From a virus: DNA of 64,000 nt. Below, piece by piece: positions 59,089 through 64,000 of the stretch (its first letter is position 1; the number at the start of each line of letters is the position of its first letter). The stretch spans positions 1-64,000 of IMG/VR virus record IMGVR_UViG_3300044991_001618, one strand, 5' to 3'. A program made the position numbers and the translations under genes. Under the pieces are notes generated by a model. The model was not told where the DNA came from and searched no databases. It worked only from the letters and a program-made list of their open reading frames with translations.

Positions 59089-59498
59089 AAAATAAAAGTT
59101 TTATCAAATTCTTGTCCTTCATAAGGACCTGTTTTATATTCATATACTAATGTGTTATCTTCTAATATTTCATAATTATGCCCACCTTCTAATGTAAATG
59201 ATGCATCACCAAAATATAAAATTTCTGTTGTTAAAATTGAATCATCAATATCGTAAAATATACATTTGACGCTCCCTTGTAATACCACCCAACTTTCTTG
59301 TGCAATTACATTTCTAGTTCTTTCTTTCCAAATATGTTTATGTGGTTTAAATGTTGTACCCTTAGTTAAATTTAATTTTGAACATTGGATAAAGTTATCC
59401 CCAGATATTATATCTTCTCTTCCTGGGGTTATTTCATTTTTTCTAACTATTATGTGTAGTAGTTTAGTTTCATTAATTTTTGAATATATCTTTTTCAT
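59085..59498 (-). CDS. WbuC-like cupin
   Basis: PHKH, QESWVVLQG, GGH, EYKTGPY. Confidence 0.75.
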   Translation of the reverse strand: MKKIYSKINETKLLHIIVRKNEITPGREDIISGDNFIQCSKLNLTKGTTFKPHKHIWKERTRNVIAQESWVVLQGSVKCIFYDIDDSILTTEILYFGDASFTLEGGHNYEILEDNTLVYEYKTGPYEGQEFDKTFIL

Positions 59499-59501
59499 TT
59501 T

Positions 59502-60314
59502 TTAAATTTTAATCCAATTATCAAGTAATATGTCAGAAGAGTTTAGATGTGACGCTGAGGGTCCAAACCAATTATTAGGTCCAATTATTTTTTTATCTTT
59601 ATTTTCATTTAAATAAGCACCCCACCAACCAAAAGTACTATTACATATTATATTGTGTTCACACATACTCATTGAGTATAAATCTAAATAATCTTTGCCC
59701 AAACTAACAAATTCTTTATTAGGTAAAAAATCAAACATACTTTTAACACCATTTAAATCATCACTAAATATTAAGTAATTTCTATCAAGACCAATCAAAT
59801 TAATAGCTGACATATAATACTCTATAGATTGTTGTGGATGGTAATTAGATGATGATAAATAATCACCTCTTCTAATATGAATTGAAACTGAATTTTGAAC
59901 ATTTGGTAATCTTTCCAAAATAATTTGTTTAATATTTATAGTTGGTTTAAAAAGATTGATAATATAATCTTTATTATTTATAAAATATTTTTCACTCTGA
60001 AAATAACCTTCAATTAATAAATTTTCACCTATGTTATATTTTATTTGCCCATAATTAAATGTTATAGGTTCTACATGTACTCTATATGGTAATAGTAATT
60101 TCTCTATAAAAGTAATATTACGTAATAAATTATCTTTATAAACACTATAATCAGGGTCAAACCCTGGTTTTGGCGTCTCAGTACTAATTGGTCTTAAAAA
60201 TTCATTTGAAAAAATATAATCAACATTATTATCCAAAGCCAAACTAATTGATGCAGATAATTTAAACATAACATTACATATCCCACCTTGATGATTTGTA
60301 GTTATAAAATTCAT
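59502..60314 (-). CDS. alpha-1,2-fucosyltransferase (GT11)
   Basis: GYFQSEKYF, HIRRGDY, FSDD, NSTFGWWGA. Confidence 0.9.
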   Translation of the reverse strand: MNFITTNHQGGICNVMFKLSASISLALDNNVDYIFSNEFLRPISTETPKPGFDPDYSVYKDNLLRNITFIEKLLLPYRVHVEPITFNYGQIKYNIGENLLIEGYFQSEKYFINNKDYIINLFKPTINIKQIILERLPNVQNSVSIHIRRGDYLSSSNYHPQQSIEYYMSAINLIGLDRNYLIFSDDLNGVKSMFDFLPNKEFVSLGKDYLDLYSMSMCEHNIICNSTFGWWGAYLNENKDKKIIGPNNWFGPSASHLNSSDILLDNWIKI

Positions 60315-61159
60315 ATTTTTGTGGTATATAGATTTATTAAAGTTTCACATCTTTTTTCATATGTATGCTTTTTTGACAACTCCAATCCAGATTTACCAAT
60401 AGACTCTCTTAATTTATCATTAGATAGTAATTGTTTTATTTTTAAAATCATTTCATTATTATCTTTATACATCATAACATTTACACCATCAATAAAACCC
60501 AATTCTTCATACTGGTAATTATAGTTAGTCACTAAGGGTATGCCACATCCTATGGTCTCAAAACTTCTATAATTAATATCATTTGATAAGTTACAATTCC
60601 AATGTATTTTGTAGGAATTTATTGCATTAACCATAGAGTCACCAATAACAAAATTATCAAATATAAAACTAAAATTACTTGATAATAAATCTATATAGTT
60701 GTTTCTATTAAGTAAGTTACCACAAAACCCAAGGTCACATTTTTTAGCAGCATTTCTTGGAGAGATTAATGTATCATCAAATGAGTTTGGAAACCAAATC
60801 TTATAATCTTTATTAACATAATCTTTAGTTGAGTGTAATAAAATGTCATAATTACCTCTATTATATTCTTTTATATACCCTTCTTCCCCTTTTACATGCG
60901 CATCAATACTCCATAAAAATTTTGTTGTTTTAACTTTAGATAAATTTGGAACCCATCCTGTCTCATTATAATTTTCTAAATTTATTATTAAATCATATGA
61001 TTCATAATCTATATTATCATTAAAATTATTGTGACCTAAACCCCAAACATCACATTCTTGATTTAACTTAATAAATGCTCTTTGTAAACAAAAACATTCT
61101 CTAAAATGTCTATTTTCATTATGTCTGCCATTCTCTTGTATTAAAAGTATTTTTAACAT
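60311..61159 (-). CDS. GT-B glycosyltransferase (CgeB-like)
   Basis: GFCG, NYRSFETIGCG, HTYEKR. Confidence 0.75.
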   Translation of the reverse strand: MLKILLIQENGRHNENRHFRECFCLQRAFIKLNQECDVWGLGHNNFNDNIDYESYDLIINLENYNETGWVPNLSKVKTTKFLWSIDAHVKGEEGYIKEYNRGNYDILLHSTKDYVNKDYKIWFPNSFDDTLISPRNAAKKCDLGFCGNLLNRNNYIDLLSSNFSFIFDNFVIGDSMVNAINSYKIHWNCNLSNDINYRSFETIGCGIPLVTNYNYQYEELGFIDGVNVMMYKDNNEMILKIKQLLSNDKLRESIGKSGLELSKKHTYEKRCETLINLYTTKI

Positions 61160-61160
61160 A

Positions 61161-61952
61161 TTAATAATTTGTTATAATTTTATTGATAACCCCATTTATT
61201 AAATTATTATTTAAGTGATTCCCTTCGGTTAATGGTTGGATATTATTTTTTTGAGTAAACAATTCAATATTGTCTTTATGTACAAAAATATGGTCAGAAG
61301 GATAATCATATTCTAAATAAAAAGGAATGTATCCAATATCTTTAAGTAATTTAAAAATATTGGAATCATCATATCCAAATTTGGTTAATTGAAAATTTTC
61401 TAACTCTACAATCAATGTTGGTTTATCTTTCTTTATTGTCTCAACCCCACCTTCTAACACAAATTTTTCATATCCCTGAACATCAATTTTAATAAAATCT
61501 ATTTTTGGTAAATCTAAACTATCAATTGTTTTTATATTAATTTCTTCACCACCAGCACCAACACTTAAATCACCAATATTAATCCAAGGAGAATTGTAAT
61601 TAATTTGATTCATTTTAGATACAATATTTTCATTACCTAATCCAAAATTATATACAATTATGTTTTTAATGTTGTTATCATTAATTGATAATGTTTGGAT
61701 ATCAAACATAATTTTTTGAGGTTCAAAACTATAAACTATATTACAATACTTAGAGGCAATTATTGAATGCCACCCATAATTACTTCCAACGTCTATAAAG
61801 GTTGAGTCACTATCTAAATTAGTTTTTAAAAATTCAATAATATGTTTTTCCCAAATTTTTCCGTTAATTATATCCCCACCAATACCATCATTTTTGAAAG
61901 TATATATTTCAAACCAATCTACTTTAGTTTTAATTATATTATCTATTATCAT
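61161..61952 (-). CDS. FkbM-family methyltransferase
   Basis: IDVGSNYG, FEPQ, KIDVQGYE. Confidence 0.88.
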   Translation of the reverse strand: MIIDNIIKTKVDWFEIYTFKNDGIGGDIINGKIWEKHIIEFLKTNLDSDSTFIDVGSNYGWHSIIASKYCNIVYSFEPQKIMFDIQTLSINDNNIKNIIVYNFGLGNENIVSKMNQINYNSPWINIGDLSVGAGGEEINIKTIDSLDLPKIDFIKIDVQGYEKFVLEGGVETIKKDKPTLIVELENFQLTKFGYDDSNIFKLLKDIGYIPFYLEYDYPSDHIFVHKDNIELFTQKNNIQPLTEGNHLNNNLINGVINKIITNY

Positions 61953-62994
61953 ATAATTTTTGATATAAAGTTTCCCATTCTAATGTTATTTTTTTTTCTT
62001 CAAAATCTATTGCCCTGTTTTTTGCATTATAGGACATTGTTTTATATAATTCTTTGTCATTACAAAGGTTTGTAATAGATTCTACATATTCGTTTTCATT
62101 TTTACATACAAATCCACCATCTTTTATAATTTCATCTTGAGCATTATATCCAGCAAAATGAGAAATAATTGGTTTACCATAAATCATAGATTGTGCTATT
62201 GCAGTTCCAAATGTTTCTCCATCACTTCTATAGTGTAAAAACATATCAATAGTATTATGGAATTTATGTATTAATTCATCATCATTTGTTGGGTCAATAA
62301 TTATACAATTATTATTTAATTCTAAACTATTAATTAAATTTATAGTTTGACAACATGCGCCAATTATAATGTATTTAAATTTATAACCATTATCTTTTAT
62401 TTTTTTTAATGAATTTAAAGCTATTGGATGAAAATTATCTTTTCTACCCGTTCTACCAAATACAAAATAATCTTTAGGGATATTATATTCTAATTTTAAA
62501 TTATCCTTTGAATTTAACGGAAAAGGAATTGGGTTGTAAATCATATAATCAGAACCATTTCTAATCTCTGTTACCTTATTACTAATTGTTACAGAACAAT
62601 CTAAAAATTCAGAAAAATCCTTACCACCAAATATATTTGTTTCAATTTGAATTGGGCAAATTCTTTGATTAAACGGCCATTCAAAATATCCACTTCTTGC
62701 AAAATGAATTATGTCAAAATTATATGATTTAACTATTTTGGTAAAATTATTTTCTCTATAAGGATAACCCATATCCGGGCCTAATTTATCTGTTGACGCC
62801 TCAAAAGGTATTAGTTGAGAATTGTTTAGTTTTGTTTTTAAAAAATTTAACCGATTATTGTCTTGGTTAGGATTATAACAAACGTATACATCAAATAAAT
62901 CAAGGTTTAAATTTAATAATATTCTTTCATGTGACCTCCAAGTACCCCCATAGTCTATGGTATGTGAGTAAAATAAAATTTTAATTTTATTCAT
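61939..62994 (-). CDS. GT4 glycosyltransferase
   Basis: YGG at the N-terminus; ETFGTAIAQSMIYGKPII. Confidence 0.8.
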   Translation of the reverse strand: MNKIKILFYSHTIDYGGTWRSHERILLNLNLDLFDVYVCYNPNQDNNRLNFLKTKLNNSQLIPFEASTDKLGPDMGYPYRENNFTKIVKSYNFDIIHFARSGYFEWPFNQRICPIQIETNIFGGKDFSEFLDCSVTISNKVTEIRNGSDYMIYNPIPFPLNSKDNLKLEYNIPKDYFVFGRTGRKDNFHPIALNSLKKIKDNGYKFKYIIIGACCQTINLINSLELNNNCIIIDPTNDDELIHKFHNTIDMFLHYRSDGETFGTAIAQSMIYGKPIISHFAGYNAQDEIIKDGGFVCKNENEYVESITNLCNDKELYKTMSYNAKNRAIDFEEKKITLEWETLYQKLYDNR

Positions 62995-62995
62995 A

Positions 62996-63646
62996 TTATC
63001 TAATAATACTAGTATTTAATCTATAAATATATAATCTTTCAGGTATTTGATAAAACTTATACCCATTATTAATGGCTCTTTGCCATAAATCCCAATCCTC
63101 CATACCTTTAATATCTCTATATCCACCTAATTCTAATAATGCATTTTTTCTAACTAACATAGAACCATGAGTTAATACATTCTCACTAAAAATTTTATTA
63201 AAAATATCTAAATGAGTTATATTGTCATTAACATCAAAACAACTTGGCAATAAATTATCATCATTTATTCCAGTAATATTCCAAGCATGTGTTCCTAAAA
63301 AATCAATTTCATTATTTTCTATGTAGTGAAGTTGCTTTTCAAGTTTGTCTGGTAAATATAAATCATCGCCATCCAAAAATCCAACCCATTCAGTTTCAAC
63401 ATGCTTTAAACCAAATTCTTTAGCATATGATAATCCTTGTTTTTTATCTTTTTTTAATATGGTTAAATCTAAATTGTAATTTGCTAATTCAATCATTTTT
63501 TGAGTATAATCCCAACATTCATCTAAAACAATAATAGTTTTAAAATTTTTATAAGTTTGATTAACCAATGAATTTATTGATTTATTCAATAACATATCAT
63601 AAAATTCATTTATACTATGCACACAAATTAAAATTGTTAATTTCAT
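62996..63646 (-). CDS. GT2 glycosyltransferase
   Basis: NQTY, FLDGDD, MEDWDLW. Confidence 0.88.
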   Translation of the reverse strand: MKLTILICVHSINEFYDMLLNKSINSLVNQTYKNFKTIIVLDECWDYTQKMIELANYNLDLTILKKDKKQGLSYAKEFGLKHVETEWVGFLDGDDLYLPDKLEKQLHYIENNEIDFLGTHAWNITGINDDNLLPSCFDVNDNITHLDIFNKIFSENVLTHGSMLVRKNALLELGGYRDIKGMEDWDLWQRAINNGYKFYQIPERLYIYRLNTSIIR

Positions 63647-63652
63647 AATTCT

Positions 63653-64000
63653 TTAATAAATTTCTAAATAAAATTTAGGATGTCTATTTTCATTCTCATC
63701 AAAAACATCGCCAACAAATTCATTATTCATTCTATTATTAGGAAATTTAACTGTATTTTTTTCTAAAGTAAAATATGAATCATGAACAAAAGAATTTTCT
63801 TTAACTTTATTGTAAATAATATCTTTTAGGAAATTTTGGTCAATTTGCCAAAAATCACCCTTAACATATTCATTAATTAAATTTTTAATATTTTTTAATA
63901 TTTTATTTCTGCATCCCCACATACCACCCATTATTAGTGCGTTGTGGTAAGGGTGATCTCTCATAATATGGAAATCTTTATTGGATTTTAGCCATTCATC
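63653..64000 (-). CDS. glycosylation-cluster protein, 5'-partial
   Basis: Frame is open to the window end (DEWLKSNKDFHIMRDHPYH...MGGMWG...DQNFL). Confidence 0.65.
   Translation of the reverse strand, partial: DEWLKSNKDFHIMRDHPYHNALIMGGMWGCRNKILKNIKNLINEYVKGDFWQIDQNFLKDIIYNKVKENSFVHDSYFTLEKNTVKFPNNRMNNEFVGDVFDENENRHPKFYLEIY

Noticed and set aside
48386-64000. Bacterial chromosome/LPS locus flanking a prophage
   Set aside because: Composition, leaders and strand continue from the phage genes (sigma, phoH); no integrase, att site, flippase or polymerase genes are seen.

Overview
This 64-kb, very AT-rich window comes from a large T4-like (jumbo) tailed phage. The host is most likely Bacteroidota, based on TTTG-N19/20-TAnnTTTG promoters, A-rich leaders without Shine-Dalgarno sites and a DUF4494-like gene. 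Core genes include the head module (large terminase, portal, prohead protease, scaffold, gp23-type major capsid), a gp55-like sigma factor and baseplate-like genes. Accessory genes include lysis/peptidoglycan enzymes, a proteostasis set (ClpP, a ClpC-type ATPase lacking its N-domain, tmRNA, Hsp20, cyclophilin, peptidase), phoH, thyX and a 12-kb fucose/amino-sugar glycosylation cluster. The standout feature is a family of 23 paralogous small leucine-rich-repeat (LRR) genes in four tandem arrays. They have conserved N- and C-caps, about 2-8 repeats with hypervariable beta-strand positions, clear module swapping between paralogues, and a recurrent junction (ATAATTAGATAATG) that carries stops in all three frames before the next ATG. 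This resembles a diversified, VLR-like binder repertoire, possibly head-packaged anti-defence proteins; that role is inference. All product calls come from motif recognition by eye, with no database searches.
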